Shown here: in pieces, positions 48,303-58,009 of the stretch
How positions within the stretch are numbered: the stretch's first letter is position 1
Layout: every line of letters begins with the position of its first letter
Source: Natronosporangium sp.
GTDB lineage: Bacteria > Actinomycetota > Actinomycetes > Mycobacteriales > Micromonosporaceae
DNA length: 64,000 nt
Direction of reading: 5' to 3'
NCBI GenBank assembly: GCA_036564175.1
Contig: DATCKZ010000012.1
Location: forward strand, 18,373 to 82,372
Notes under the pieces: generated by a model
The model's database searches: none
What the model was told of the DNA's origin: nothing
Seen by the model: only the letters and a program-made list of their open reading frames with translations
Made by a program: the position numbers and the translations under genes

Positions 48303-48716
48303 ATGGGCGGCTACTCCGGAACCCCGTTACCGGCCAAGCTCGGCATCAAGCCGGGCCACTTGGTCGCGCTGCTCGGCGCCCCGGACGGCTTCGACGCGAC
48401 GCTCGGCGAGCTGCCAGCCAGCGTCACCGTGCGTCGGGACCTGCGCGGCACCCGGCCGCTCGACGTGATCCTGCTGTTTACCGTCTGGCGGGCCGAGCTG
48501 GTGCGAGGGATCGAGCGAGCCCGGCCGCGGATGGCGGCGACCGCCGGGCTGTGGGTCGCCTGGCCGAAGCGGGCCGCCAAGCTGCCGACCGATCTCACCG
48601 AGGACGTCGTGCGCGAGGTGGCACTGCCGACCGGGCTGGTCGACAACAAGGTCTGCGCGATCGACCAAACCTGGTCGGGCCTGCGGCTGGTGATCCGCCG
48701 CGAGCTGCGGCGGTAG
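48303..48716 (+). CDS. DUF3052 family protein
   Basis: GYSGTPLPAKLGIK, LWVAWPK, GLVDNKVCAID..WSGL. Confidence 0.85.
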   Translation: MGGYSGTPLPAKLGIKPGHLVALLGAPDGFDATLGELPASVTVRRDLRGTRPLDVILLFTVWRAELVRGIERARPRMAATAGLWVAWPKRAAKLPTDLTEDVVREVALPTGLVDNKVCAIDQTWSGLRLVIRRELRR

Positions 48717-48733
48717 GCCCGTCGGTTTGCGGC

Positions 48734-49546
48734 TTAGCGCCAGTAGTAGTCCGGGCCGGCCCGGCGGCGGTAGACCGGGCGGCGCGGCTGGCGGGCCGAG
48801 ACCGGCAACGCCACCAGCATGCCGGCGATGAATCCCAGCACGTGCGCGAGATACGCGACTCCACCCGCGTCGGAGACCGCATAGCCGGCCGAGTAGAGCC
48901 ACTGCAGCGCGAACCACAGCCCCAGCACCAGCCAGGCGGGGAGCCGGAGCGGGATGAACAGCAGCACCGGCACCAGGCTCCACACCCTGGCTCGGGGGTA
49001 GAGCACCAGGTAGGCGCCGAGCACCCCCGACACCGCGCCGGAGGCGCCGACCAGCGGCACCGTCGAATCGGCGTTCGCCAGCGCGTAGCCGTACGTCGCG
49101 GCGTACCCGCACGCCAGGTAGAACAGCAGGTAGCGGAGCCGCCCGAAGCGGTCCTCGACGTTGTTGCCGAACACGAAGAGGAAGAGCATGTTGCCGAGCA
49201 GGTGCAGCCAGCCACCGTGCAGGAACATCGAGTAGAGCACCGACAGCGCCGGCAGCTTCCGGTAACTCGGCGCATCGATGACGCACCCGGGCCCGCGCGG
49301 GCCGACCCCGGCCTCGCCGGTCGCTACCTGCGGGAGCGGCTGGTTGCCGATCAGCTCGTCGGGGATCGCCGCGTACCGGTCGTAGAACGCCTGCTGCTCG
49401 CAGATCTGTGCCAGGCTGGCGCCCTCGATGCCGGTGCTCGAGACGGTCGGTGTCAGCAGGAACACGACCACGTTCGCGGCGATCAGCCCGTACGTGACCC
49501 ACGGGGTCCGGCGGACCGGGTTGACGTCGTGAAATGGCAGCACCAC
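48734..49546 (-). CDS. Rhomboid family intramembrane serine protease
   Basis: MFLHGGWLHLLGNM, GASGA, AHVLGF. Confidence 0.92.
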   Translation of the reverse strand: MVLPFHDVNPVRRTPWVTYGLIAANVVVFLLTPTVSSTGIEGASLAQICEQQAFYDRYAAIPDELIGNQPLPQVATGEAGVGPRGPGCVIDAPSYRKLPALSVLYSMFLHGGWLHLLGNMLFLFVFGNNVEDRFGRLRYLLFYLACGYAATYGYALANADSTVPLVGASGAVSGVLGAYLVLYPRARVWSLVPVLLFIPLRLPAWLVLGLWFALQWLYSAGYAVSDAGGVAYLAHVLGFIAGMLVALPVSARQPRRPVYRRRAGPDYYWR

Positions 49547-49649
49547 ATCATCAACTATCCGGGTCCGTGCCACCGATCCCCGGGCGCTTGTCGTGATTCC
49601 TCCGCTTTCCTCCGGATCAGGCGGGCCTATCCGCCGGTACGATCGCCAG

Positions 49650-50459
49650 ATGGCCTCGCGGGTGAGTGGGGTGCCGTCCGGCGACGACTTCGACGGCGGC
49701 GACGACTTCGACGGCGGTGACGACTTCGACGGCAGCGATCTTGACCGATCGGTGTGGATCCCGCACTACCTGCCGCAGTGGAGTTCGCGCGCCCAGAGCG
49801 CCGCAACCTACCAGGTCGCTGACTCGCAGCTGCGGCTGTCGATCCCGGTCGAGCAGGGCCGCTGGTGCCCGGACCAGCATGAGGAGCCGCTGCGGGTCTC
49901 GGCGATCCAGTCCGGGGTGTTCGCCGGTCCGGTCGGGAGTACGGTCGGCCAGCAGCCGTTCCGCGAAGGGCTGCGGGTACGCGAGGCGCAGCCGACCCAA
50001 TGGGGCTGGACGCCCACGTACGGGCTGATCGAGGTCCGGGCGCGGATGTCGCTGACCGGCCGCTCGATGGCGTCGGTGTGGCTGGTTGGCATCGAGGACC
50101 AGCCGCACCGCTCCGGCGAGATCTGCGTGTTCGAGGTGTTCGGCGACGCGATCGACGAGACCGGAGCCGCGGTCGGCATGGGCATCCACCCGTTCCGCGA
50201 CCCGGCCCTGCGCGACGACTTCGCCACCCCCCGGCTGCCGATCGACGTCACCAGCTTCCACACGTACGCCGCCGACTGGCGCCCCGGCCGGGTGGACTTC
50301 TACGTCGATGGGGAGCAGGTGCGCAGCGTCGGGCAGGCGCCGGACTATCCGATGCAGATGATGATCGGAGTCTTCGACTTCCCGGCCAAGCCGGGCGCGG
50401 CCGAGCACGCCGACCACGTGCCATGGCTGGCGGTCGATTCCGTACACTCCCGCCGGTGA
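49650..50459 (+). CDS. GH16-like (laminarinase-fold) protein
   Basis: YGLIEVRAR, GEICVFE, FHTYAADW, FYVDG; N-terminal (GDDFDG)x3. Confidence 0.75.
   Translation: MASRVSGVPSGDDFDGGDDFDGGDDFDGSDLDRSVWIPHYLPQWSSRAQSAATYQVADSQLRLSIPVEQGRWCPDQHEEPLRVSAIQSGVFAGPVGSTVGQQPFREGLRVREAQPTQWGWTPTYGLIEVRARMSLTGRSMASVWLVGIEDQPHRSGEICVFEVFGDAIDETGAAVGMGIHPFRDPALRDDFATPRLPIDVTSFHTYAADWRPGRVDFYVDGEQVRSVGQAPDYPMQMMIGVFDFPAKPGAAEHADHVPWLAVDSVHSRR
49680..49733. repeat. In-frame 18-bp tandem repeat x3 (GGYGACGACTTCGACGGC)
   Basis: Directly visible; encodes GDDFDG three times. Confidence 0.9.
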
Positions 50460-50466
50460 TGAGGAC

Positions 50467-51000
50467 ATGTCAGCGGGCCGGCGGCTGTTGATCGTCTGCG
50501 GCTTGGAGGGCGCGGGCAAATCGACGATCGTGCGCGCCCTGCTTCCGCACACGCCGAACGGCGCCCGGATCGACGGTGAGGACGTCGCCGGGATCAACCC
50601 GTGCCCGTTCGACGAACCGTTCTTCGACCTGCTCCGCCGCAACGTCGCCGGACTGGTCCGGAACTTCTGGGAGGCCGGCTACCGCAACGTGATTGCCGGC
50701 AGCTTCATCCGCAACGAGGACGACCTCCGGGCCTTCCAGGCGCTGATCCCGAAGCCGGCCGGCTTGCACGTGATCGAACTGCTGGTAGCCAAGCAAGTGC
50801 GCGACGTTCGGCGGGCTACCCGGGCGAAGCAGACCACGCAGGAATGGCGGGACCAGGTCGACCTCGTGGAACGGGATGCTCGGACGATCCGTGAGCCGAG
50901 CGGCGACTACCGCTACGTTGCGATCGACACCACGCAGCTCGACGTCCCGGCGACCGTCGACCGGATCCGGGCCGCGATCCCGGAGGTCTACGGAGCCTGA
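50467..51000 (+). CDS. P-loop nucleotide kinase / AAA_33-like protein
   Basis: GLEGAGKST Walker A, IDGED, C-terminal IDTT. Confidence 0.75.
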   Translation: MSAGRRLLIVCGLEGAGKSTIVRALLPHTPNGARIDGEDVAGINPCPFDEPFFDLLRRNVAGLVRNFWEAGYRNVIAGSFIRNEDDLRAFQALIPKPAGLHVIELLVAKQVRDVRRATRAKQTTQEWRDQVDLVERDARTIREPSGDYRYVAIDTTQLDVPATVDRIRAAIPEVYGA

Positions 51001-51241
51001 CCCGACCTGGTCCAGAAACTGGCGGGGCGCGTACCCGTCGCCGCGCCGCACGCCTCCCACTAGCGAGTGCACTGTAGATAGTTATTGGTCAGGACGGCGG
51101 CGCGCCCGAAGAGCTGGGCACCGCGGCTGCCGGCCACGCCCACCGAGCTGGCGCACGGGTTCAATGAGCTGGTCCGCGGCAGTTGAGCCAGGCCCACGTT
51201 TCGAAGACCCCGCCCGAACCCGGCCGGGTAGGCTCGGTGCG

Positions 51242-52081
51242 GTGAGCACCCCTCCCGGCCAGCTGCTCGCGGTCAGCGACCTGCACATCGGCCACAACGG
51301 CAACCGGCCGATCTTCGAGACGCTGGCACCGAACTCGCCGGCCGACTGGCTGATCGTCGCCGGGGACGTGGCCGAGCGGATGGCCGACATCGAGTGGGCG
51401 CTGACCCGGCTCCGGGAGCGGTTCGCGACCGTGATCTGGGCGCCCGGCAACCACGAGCTGTGGACCACCGATCGGGATCCGGTGCAGGCGCGCGGGGTGG
51501 CGCGCTACGAGCAGCTGGTGGCGATGTGCCGCCGGATCGGCGTACTCACCCCGGAGGACGAGTATCCGGTCTGGTCCGGCCCGGGCGGGCCGGTCCGGGT
51601 GGTGCCGATGTTCCTGCTGTACGACTACACGTTCCGGGTCGACGGCGCGACCAACAAGCAGGAGTCGCTGGCCCGCGCTTACCAGGCCGGCGTGGTCTGC
51701 ACCGACGAGCACTTCCTGCACCCGGACCCGTACCCGACCCGGGAGGAGTGGTGCCGGGCGCGGGTGGCGGACACCGAGCGCCGGCTCGCCGCTTGCGACC
51801 CGGACGTGCCGCTGGTCCTGGTCAACCACTGGCCGCTGGTGCGGGAGCCGACCCGGGTGCTGCGCTACCCGGAGTTCGCGCAGTGGTGCGGCACCGAGCT
51901 GACCGCCGACTGGCACACCCGGTTCCGCACCGCCGCCGTGGTCTACGGACACCTCCACATTCCACGGTCCACCGTGTATGACGGCGTACCGTTCCTGGAG
52001 GTGTCGCTGGGTTACCCGCGCGAGTGGCGCCGCTACGGCCTGCCGGATCCGCTGTTACGGCCGGTGCTGCGCACGAGCTGA
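51242..52081 (+). CDS. Metallophosphoesterase, PptH (Rv2795c)-like phosphopantetheinyl hydrolase
   Basis: SDLH, AGDV, PGNHELW, FLLYDYTF, CTDE, WCGT..TADWH, YGHLHIPR, SLGYPREW. Confidence 0.8.
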   Translation: MSTPPGQLLAVSDLHIGHNGNRPIFETLAPNSPADWLIVAGDVAERMADIEWALTRLRERFATVIWAPGNHELWTTDRDPVQARGVARYEQLVAMCRRIGVLTPEDEYPVWSGPGGPVRVVPMFLLYDYTFRVDGATNKQESLARAYQAGVVCTDEHFLHPDPYPTREEWCRARVADTERRLAACDPDVPLVLVNHWPLVREPTRVLRYPEFAQWCGTELTADWHTRFRTAAVVYGHLHIPRSTVYDGVPFLEVSLGYPREWRRYGLPDPLLRPVLRTS

Positions 52082-52088
52082 GATCCGG

Positions 52089-54545
52089 TCAGCCGCCGAT
52101 CGAGGCCTCCACCCGTACCACCGAACCAGCCGGCGCGGCCGGCACCTTGTTGCCTTCGATCCGCTCGCCGTCCACCACCACTTCGGTGACCCGGCCGGTG
52201 ACGCCGGCCGGCTTGCGGACCGTGATCTCGTAGGTGGCGCCCCGGAACTTCCGGGTAGCGGTGAAGCCTTCCCAGTTGGTGGGCAGCGCCGGATCGATGA
52301 TGAGCGCGTCGAAGTCCGGCCGGATCCCGAGGATCCACTGGGTGATCGCCACGAAGTTCCAGGCCGCGGTGCCGGTGAGCCAGGAGTTCTTCGCTTCGCC
52401 GTGGGTCGGCGCGTCCTTGCCGGCGATCATCTGTGCGTAGACGTACGGCTCGCAGCGGTGGGTCTCGCTGATCGCCTCCCGCGCCGACGGGTTGAGCAAC
52501 TTGTAGTAGTGGTACGCCTGGTCGGCCCGGCCGGCCAGCACCTCGGCGATCATCACCCACGGGTTGTTGTGGCAGAAGATCCCGGCGTTCTCCTTGTACC
52601 CCGGCGGGTAGGACGAGATCTCGCCGAGCTCGACGTGGTAGCGCCGGTACGGCGGCTGCTGCAGCACGATCCCGTGGTCGGTGGCGAGCCGCTCCTTGAC
52701 ACTGTCCAGCGCCCGGATCGCCGTACCGTCCTCGAGCCCGACGCCGGCCATCACGCACATGCCCTGCGGCTCGATGTAGATCTGGCCCTCGTCGTTCTCG
52801 CTGGACCCGACCGGGTTGCCGAAGTAGTCGTACGCCCGCCGGAACCAGGCGCCGTCCCAGCCGTGCTCGGCGATCGCCCCGGCCATCTTCTCGGCCGCGG
52901 TCCGGTAGGTCTCCGCCTCCTCGGCCAGCCCTCGGGTCTCGGCGATCCCGGCGAGCTCCTTGGCGGCGTGCACGAACAGCCCGGCGATGAACACCGACTC
53001 GGCCACCCCACCGGTCCGGTAGCCGACCGAGTCGCTCTGGAACGGTTCACCCGGTTCCTCGGAGAAGCAGTTGAGGTTGAGGCAGTCGTTCCAGTCGGCC
53101 CGACCGATCAGCGGCAGGCCGTGCGGACCGAGCCGGTCCAGCGTGTATCGCAGCGATCGCTGCAGGTGTTCGTAGAGCGGTTGCTCGGTCCCCTCGGTGT
53201 TGTCGTACGGCACCGGCTCGTCCAGGATGGAGACGTCACCGGTCTCCTTGAGGTAGGCCGAAACCCCCTCGATCAACCACAGTGGATCATCGTTGAAGCC
53301 GGATCCGATGTCGTTGTTGCCACGCTTGGTGAACGGCTGGTACTGGTGGTAGGCGCCGCCGGTCTCGAGCTGGGTGGCGGCGATGTCGAGGATCCGTTCG
53401 CGGGCCCGTTCCGGCACCATCTGAACGAACCCGAGCAGGTCCTGGTTGGAGTCGCGGAAGCCCATGCCGCGGCTGATGCCCGACTCGTAGAACGAGGTCG
53501 ACCGGCTCAGGTTGAAGGTCACCATGCACTGGTACGCGTTCCAGATGTTGACCATCCGGTCGGTGTCCTGGTCGGGCGTGCGCACCTGCACCGCGGACAG
53601 CAGCTCGTCCCAGTACTGCCGGAGCTTGGCGAACCCGTCGGCGACGGTCTCCGGCTGCAGCCACCGCTCGATCACCGGCCGCACCAGCGCCTTGTTGAGG
53701 GTCTGCGAGCCGGGCGGGTCGAACTTCGCCTCCCGCGGGTTCTCCGCATACCCGAGCACGAAGATGACCTCCCGGGTCTCGCCCGGCGCGAGCGCGAGCT
53801 TGATGTGGTGGCTGCCGTGCGGCGCCCAGCCGTGCGCGATCGAGTTGAACGACTCGCCCCGCTCCACCGCGGCCGGCCGGTCCCAGCCCCGGTACGCGCC
53901 GAGGAAGGTGTCCCGCTGGGTGTCGAACCCGATCACCGGCTCGGAGCAGGCGAAGAACGCGAAGTGGTTGCGGCGCTCCCGGTACTCCGACTTGTGGTAG
54001 ATCACGCCGTCGACCACCTCGACCTCACCGATCGAGAAGTTCCGCTGGAAGTTGGTGGAGTCGTCCTGCGCGTCCCAGAGGCAGAACTCGATCGACGAGA
54101 AGACCGACAGGTCGACGGCGGTGTCGCGGTGGTTGGTGACCCGTAGCCGCCAGACCTCCAGCGTCTCACCCAGTGGGACGAAGTAGAGCGTCTCGGCGCC
54201 GATCCCGGCGTAGCGCGAGGAGATTTTCGTGTACGAGAGGCCGTGCCGGCACTCGTACGACTCGAGATCGCGCTGGGTGGGCTGCCAGGACGGTGACCAG
54301 TACTCACCGGAGCCGTTGTCGCGCAAATACAGATAGCGTCCGCCAAAGTCGAACGGGGCGTTGTTGTGCCGGTACCGCGTGAGTCTGCGCAGCTTGGCAT
54401 CACGGTAGAACGAAAACCCGCCGGCGGTGTTGGAGATGATGCCGAAATACGCGTCGGTGCCCAGGTAATTGATCCACGGCAATGGCGTGTCCGGGCGTTC
54501 GATGACGTATTCCCGCTCCGCATCGCTGAAGTACCCGTAGCGCAC
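52089..54545 (-). CDS. GH94 glycoside phosphorylase, cellobiose phosphorylase-like
   Basis: RYGYF...EYVI..P.TP.PWINYLG, GRADWNDCLNL, GYKENAGIFCH, SWLTGTAAW; upstream CebR box. Confidence 0.9.
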   Translation of the reverse strand: MRYGYFSDAEREYVIERPDTPLPWINYLGTDAYFGIISNTAGGFSFYRDAKLRRLTRYRHNNAPFDFGGRYLYLRDNGSGEYWSPSWQPTQRDLESYECRHGLSYTKISSRYAGIGAETLYFVPLGETLEVWRLRVTNHRDTAVDLSVFSSIEFCLWDAQDDSTNFQRNFSIGEVEVVDGVIYHKSEYRERRNHFAFFACSEPVIGFDTQRDTFLGAYRGWDRPAAVERGESFNSIAHGWAPHGSHHIKLALAPGETREVIFVLGYAENPREAKFDPPGSQTLNKALVRPVIERWLQPETVADGFAKLRQYWDELLSAVQVRTPDQDTDRMVNIWNAYQCMVTFNLSRSTSFYESGISRGMGFRDSNQDLLGFVQMVPERARERILDIAATQLETGGAYHQYQPFTKRGNNDIGSGFNDDPLWLIEGVSAYLKETGDVSILDEPVPYDNTEGTEQPLYEHLQRSLRYTLDRLGPHGLPLIGRADWNDCLNLNCFSEEPGEPFQSDSVGYRTGGVAESVFIAGLFVHAAKELAGIAETRGLAEEAETYRTAAEKMAGAIAEHGWDGAWFRRAYDYFGNPVGSSENDEGQIYIEPQGMCVMAGVGLEDGTAIRALDSVKERLATDHGIVLQQPPYRRYHVELGEISSYPPGYKENAGIFCHNNPWVMIAEVLAGRADQAYHYYKLLNPSAREAISETHRCEPYVYAQMIAGKDAPTHGEAKNSWLTGTAAWNFVAITQWILGIRPDFDALIIDPALPTNWEGFTATRKFRGATYEITVRKPAGVTGRVTEVVVDGERIEGNKVPAAPAGSVVRVEASIGG

Positions 54546-54608
54546 TCTTACCCCTGCTTCCTGGTAGACGGACAGGCTAGCGGCGCTCGACGCCTGTGCC
54601 GCGGCGCA

Positions 54609-54654
54609 CGGGAGCGCTCCCATGAAGCGTCGCGCGCCAGCGCTGGTATGTCAA
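54609..54654 (-). promoter_or_regulatory. CebR/CelR cellobiose-responsive operator with promoter
   Basis: CGGGAGCGCTCCCA (13/14 to TGGGAGCGCTCCCA) at 54609-54622; minus-strand TTGACA at 54654-54649 with N17-GACGCT. Confidence 0.8.
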
Positions 54655-54839
54655 GCGGACGTTTGGTCACAAGCCGCGAATCACACCGACTGGGACTGGC
54701 CGGAAGCGGACAGCAACCGAACCGAGGCCGGAACCGGACCCATGCGACGACCCGAACGAAGCCCAATCCCGGATCGGTCAGCCAGCGCGAATTCACCACA
54801 TCGTGGGACACCCGATCGCCAGCTCTGGACCCATCGACG

Positions 54840-54878
54840 CGTCGGCCGGCAGCCGCCGAGGCTGGCCGCCGGCCGACG
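54840..54878. terminator. Hairpin downstream of the ABC permease
   Basis: CGTCGGCCGGC ... GCCGGCCGACG 11-bp arms. Confidence 0.55.
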
Positions 54879-54886
54879 TCGTGCGC

Positions 54887-54930
54887 GACCGGAAGCGGTG
54901 ACCGGAAGCAGTGACCGGAAGCGGCGACCG
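54887..54930. repeat. 13-bp tandem repeat (GACCGGAAGCRGY), about 3.4 copies
   Basis: GACCGGAAGC at 54887, 54900 and 54913; partial copy at 54926. Confidence 0.85.
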
Positions 54931-54941
54931 AGAAAGCGATC

Positions 54942-55733
54942 TCAGTTCACTTCGGACCGGAGCACCCGGAAGAACCCGACCACCAGCGGGAGCAGCACCC
55001 AGGCCGCCACGCTGGTGCCGAACTGTGCCCACTGCTCGCCGGTGAGGGTGTCACCGTTCAACATCGGCGCCATCGTGAGCGAGAAGTCCAGCCACTCCGC
55101 CGCGGTCTCGAGCGCGCTCACGAGTTGGGCGAGGATGCCCCAAGCCGTGGGCAGCGCGAAGTACGCGACGATCGCCAGCGGTGTGTTCAGCAGCGCCATG
55201 CCGAACGCCACCCCCATGGTCACGTTCACCAGCTGCGCGACCACGATGCCGCCGACCGCCGCGCCGCCGAGCTGCCAGCCGGCGTCGCCGCCAGTGCCGG
55301 CCGCGATCACGTTCGCCGCCGCGCCGATCACCAGGCTGGCGATGACCGACCCGAGCGCGGCCAGCCCGCCGGCCACGAGCTTGCCGATCAACACCCGGCT
55401 CCGCTCCGGCACCAGCGCGAACGTGGTCTGCGCGGTCCGCTGCGACCACTCGCTGGTGACCGTGAGGATCCCGAGCACCGGCAGCAGGATCCCGATCGGC
55501 AGCGCGCTGCCGAGGAAGAACGCCTCGAACGTCCGGAACTCCCGGTCGTTGAAGCCGAGCTGGATGGCGGCCATCCCGGCGCACGCCAGCACGATGATCG
55601 CCAGCAGCCAGCGGCCGGCCCGGGTGTCGACCAGCTTGCGTAGCTCCACCGCGGTCAACGTGGCCAGTGACGGCCGGGGGTCGGGTGCCCAGGCTTGCTC
55701 GGCGGTGGTGGGGGCTTCGACGGTCGCGGTCAT
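54942..55733 (-). CDS. ABC-2 type permease
   Basis: ELRKLVDTR, SEWSQRT..TF..VPER.RV..K; six TM helices. Confidence 0.88.
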   Translation of the reverse strand: MTATVEAPTTAEQAWAPDPRPSLATLTAVELRKLVDTRAGRWLLAIIVLACAGMAAIQLGFNDREFRTFEAFFLGSALPIGILLPVLGILTVTSEWSQRTAQTTFALVPERSRVLIGKLVAGGLAALGSVIASLVIGAAANVIAAGTGGDAGWQLGGAAVGGIVVAQLVNVTMGVAFGMALLNTPLAIVAYFALPTAWGILAQLVSALETAAEWLDFSLTMAPMLNGDTLTGEQWAQFGTSVAAWVLLPLVVGFFRVLRSEVN

Positions 55734-56644
55734 CGCACCGGCTCCTTCTCCGTACGTTCCTGGTCCTGGTGGTTGCTGGTGAGGGTGAGGAACATCTGCT
55801 CCAGCCCGCCGTCGTCGGCCGGGCGGAGCTCCAGCAGGACGATCCCGGTGCCGGCGACCGCCCGGCCGACCCGCTCCGGATCGGCCTGCACCAGCAGCGC
55901 GCCGTCGGCGGTGGGCGTGACCGGCAGACCGGCCTCGGTGATCGCCGCCCGCAGCGCCGCCGGGTCGAGCGCCCGCACCCGGGTGCCGCCACCGGCGAGC
56001 AGCTCGTGCTTGCTGCCCTGCGCGATGATCCTGCCGTTGCCGATCATGACCAGCCGGTCCGCGACCGCCTCCACCTCCCGCAGCAGGTGGGAGGAGAGCA
56101 GCACGGTGCCGCCCCGGTCGGCGAAGTCCCGCAGCAGCACCCGCATCCAGTAGATGCCTTCCGGGTCGAGCCCGTTGGCCGGCTCGTCCAGGATCAGCAC
56201 CTGCGGATCGCCGAGTAGCGCCTGCGCGATCCCGAGCCGCTGCCGCATCCCGAGCGAGTAGCCGCCGACCCGCTTCTTCGCCGCCGACGGCGGCAGGCCG
56301 ACCAGCTTCAGCAGCTCCTCGACCCGGCTGTTGGGCGCGCCGAGCAGCTGCGCGGACAGCTGCAGCGTCTCCCGGCCGGTCCGGCCCTTGTGCTGGGCGG
56401 AGGCGTCGAGCAGGACGCCGACCCGCCGGCCCGGGTTGCCGAGCCGGGCGTACGGGAGCCCGCCGATCGTGGCGTGACCCTCGTTGGGCGGGGTCAGTCC
56501 GCAGATCATCCGGAGCGTGGTGGACTTGCCGGCGCCGTTCGGACCGAGGAACCCGGTCACCGTGCCCGGCTCGCAGCGGAACGACACCCGGTCAACGGCG
56601 AGCTGCCGGCCGTACCGCTTGGTCAGCTGGTCAACAACGATCAT
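55730..56644 (-). CDS. ABC transporter ATP-binding protein
   Basis: MIVVDQLTKRYG, GPNGAGKST, YSLGMRQR, ILDEPANGLD, SSH; apparently leaderless (CACGCT 6 nt before ATG). Confidence 0.92.
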   Translation of the reverse strand: MIVVDQLTKRYGRQLAVDRVSFRCEPGTVTGFLGPNGAGKSTTLRMICGLTPPNEGHATIGGLPYARLGNPGRRVGVLLDASAQHKGRTGRETLQLSAQLLGAPNSRVEELLKLVGLPPSAAKKRVGGYSLGMRQRLGIAQALLGDPQVLILDEPANGLDPEGIYWMRVLLRDFADRGGTVLLSSHLLREVEAVADRLVMIGNGRIIAQGSKHELLAGGGTRVRALDPAALRAAITEAGLPVTPTADGALLVQADPERVGRAVAGTGIVLLELRPADDGGLEQMFLTLTSNHQDQERTEKEPVR

Positions 56645-56682
56645 GTAGCCAGCGTGCGGGCCGCGACCGGGGCACCGCTTCG

Positions 56683-56735
56683 GTCGAAGGTCGAGCTTTG
56701 CAGACCTTGGTCTACCCCTGCGGTTGACTTTGGTC
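56683..56735. promoter_or_regulatory. Putative response-regulator binding sites between the divergent ABC and two-component genes
   Basis: GACCTTGGTC (56703) and GACTTTGGTC (56726), plus an inverted GACCTTCGAC (56692-56683). Confidence 0.5.
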
Positions 56736-56773
56736 GGTATCGGACAAGCCGCCCGACCCGTACCATAGTGATC

Positions 56774-58009
56774 ATGGTCGAGCAGGTCAACCGGCAGTTC
56801 CTGCCGGCCGATCTCGCCCTCGACCCGGACGCCCCGGACGGCCGGCACCGGCGCTCGGTGCGCGACTGGGTGGTGGACATCACCGCGTTCCTGCTCTCGG
56901 CCGGCTGGGCGGCGCTGGTCACGCTGATCCTGGTGGCCGCGCCCGAGCCGGAGCTGCCGGCCGGGGTGGTGGCCGCCGACGTGGCGGCCGGCTGGCTCTG
57001 CACGCTCGCGCTCTGGCTGCGCCGGCGGTGGCCGGTGGGCTTGGCGCTGGCGTTCGTGGTCACCGGCCTGTTCTCGATGGCGGCGGGGATGGCCGTGACG
57101 ATCGCGGTGTTCACGGTCGCGGTGCACCGCCGCTACCAGGTGGCGATCACGGTCGGGGTGCTCTACGCGTCGACCGCGTTCCCGTTCTTCGCGTACCGCG
57201 AAAATCCGATGGCCCCCAACGACCCGTACCTGGTCTCGGTCGTCTTTTCGGTGCTGCTCGCGGCGGCGGTGGTCTGCTGGGGGATGTTCGTGCGGGCGCG
57301 CCGGCAGCTGGTGCTCTCGCTGCGGGACCGGGTCGCCCGCGCCGAGTCGGAGCAGCAGCTGCGCGCCGAGCAGGCCCGGCACCTGGAGCGGGAGCGGATC
57401 GCCCGGGAGATGCACGACCTGCTGGCGCACCGGATCTCGCTGGTGAGCATGCACGCTGGCGCGCTGGAGTTCCGGTCGGACGCGCCGCCGGAGGAGATCG
57501 CCAAGTCGGCCGCGGTGATCCGGGAGAGCGCCCACCAGGCGCTGGCGGAGCTGCGGGAGGTGATCGGTGTGCTGCGAGCCCCGGCCGGCGCGCCGACCCG
57601 GCCCCAGCCCACCCTCGCCGACCTGCCCACGCTGGTCGAGGAGTCGCGGCAGGCGGGGGTCCGGGTACGGCTGGCCGACCAGGTCACCGAGCCGGCGACG
57701 GTCCCGGCCGGGGTCGGCCGGACCGCGTACCGGATCGTGCAGGAGGCGCTCACCAACGCCCGCAAGCACGCCGCCGGCGCGACCGTAGAGGTACGGCTGG
57801 CCGGTGCGCCCGGCGACGGGCTGCGGGTGACGGTACGCAACGGCCGGCCGGTCGGCGCGGCGGTCCGCAACGGCGCCGAGGTCCCGGGCGCCGGGGCGGG
57901 GCTGGTCGGGTTGGCGGAGCGGGCCAGCCTCGCCGGTGGCCGGCTCAGCTACGGCCGGACCCCGGATCACGGATTCCAGGTCGACGCCTGGTTACCGTGG
58001 ACGGCATGA
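56774..58009 (+). CDS. Membrane sensor histidine kinase (HisKA_3/NarX-type)
   Basis: ERERIAREMHDLLAH, IVQEALTNARKH, GAGLVGLAER. Confidence 0.92.
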   Translation: MVEQVNRQFLPADLALDPDAPDGRHRRSVRDWVVDITAFLLSAGWAALVTLILVAAPEPELPAGVVAADVAAGWLCTLALWLRRRWPVGLALAFVVTGLFSMAAGMAVTIAVFTVAVHRRYQVAITVGVLYASTAFPFFAYRENPMAPNDPYLVSVVFSVLLAAAVVCWGMFVRARRQLVLSLRDRVARAESEQQLRAEQARHLERERIAREMHDLLAHRISLVSMHAGALEFRSDAPPEEIAKSAAVIRESAHQALAELREVIGVLRAPAGAPTRPQPTLADLPTLVEESRQAGVRVRLADQVTEPATVPAGVGRTAYRIVQEALTNARKHAAGATVEVRLAGAPGDGLRVTVRNGRPVGAAVRNGAEVPGAGAGLVGLAERASLAGGRLSYGRTPDHGFQVDAWLPWTA

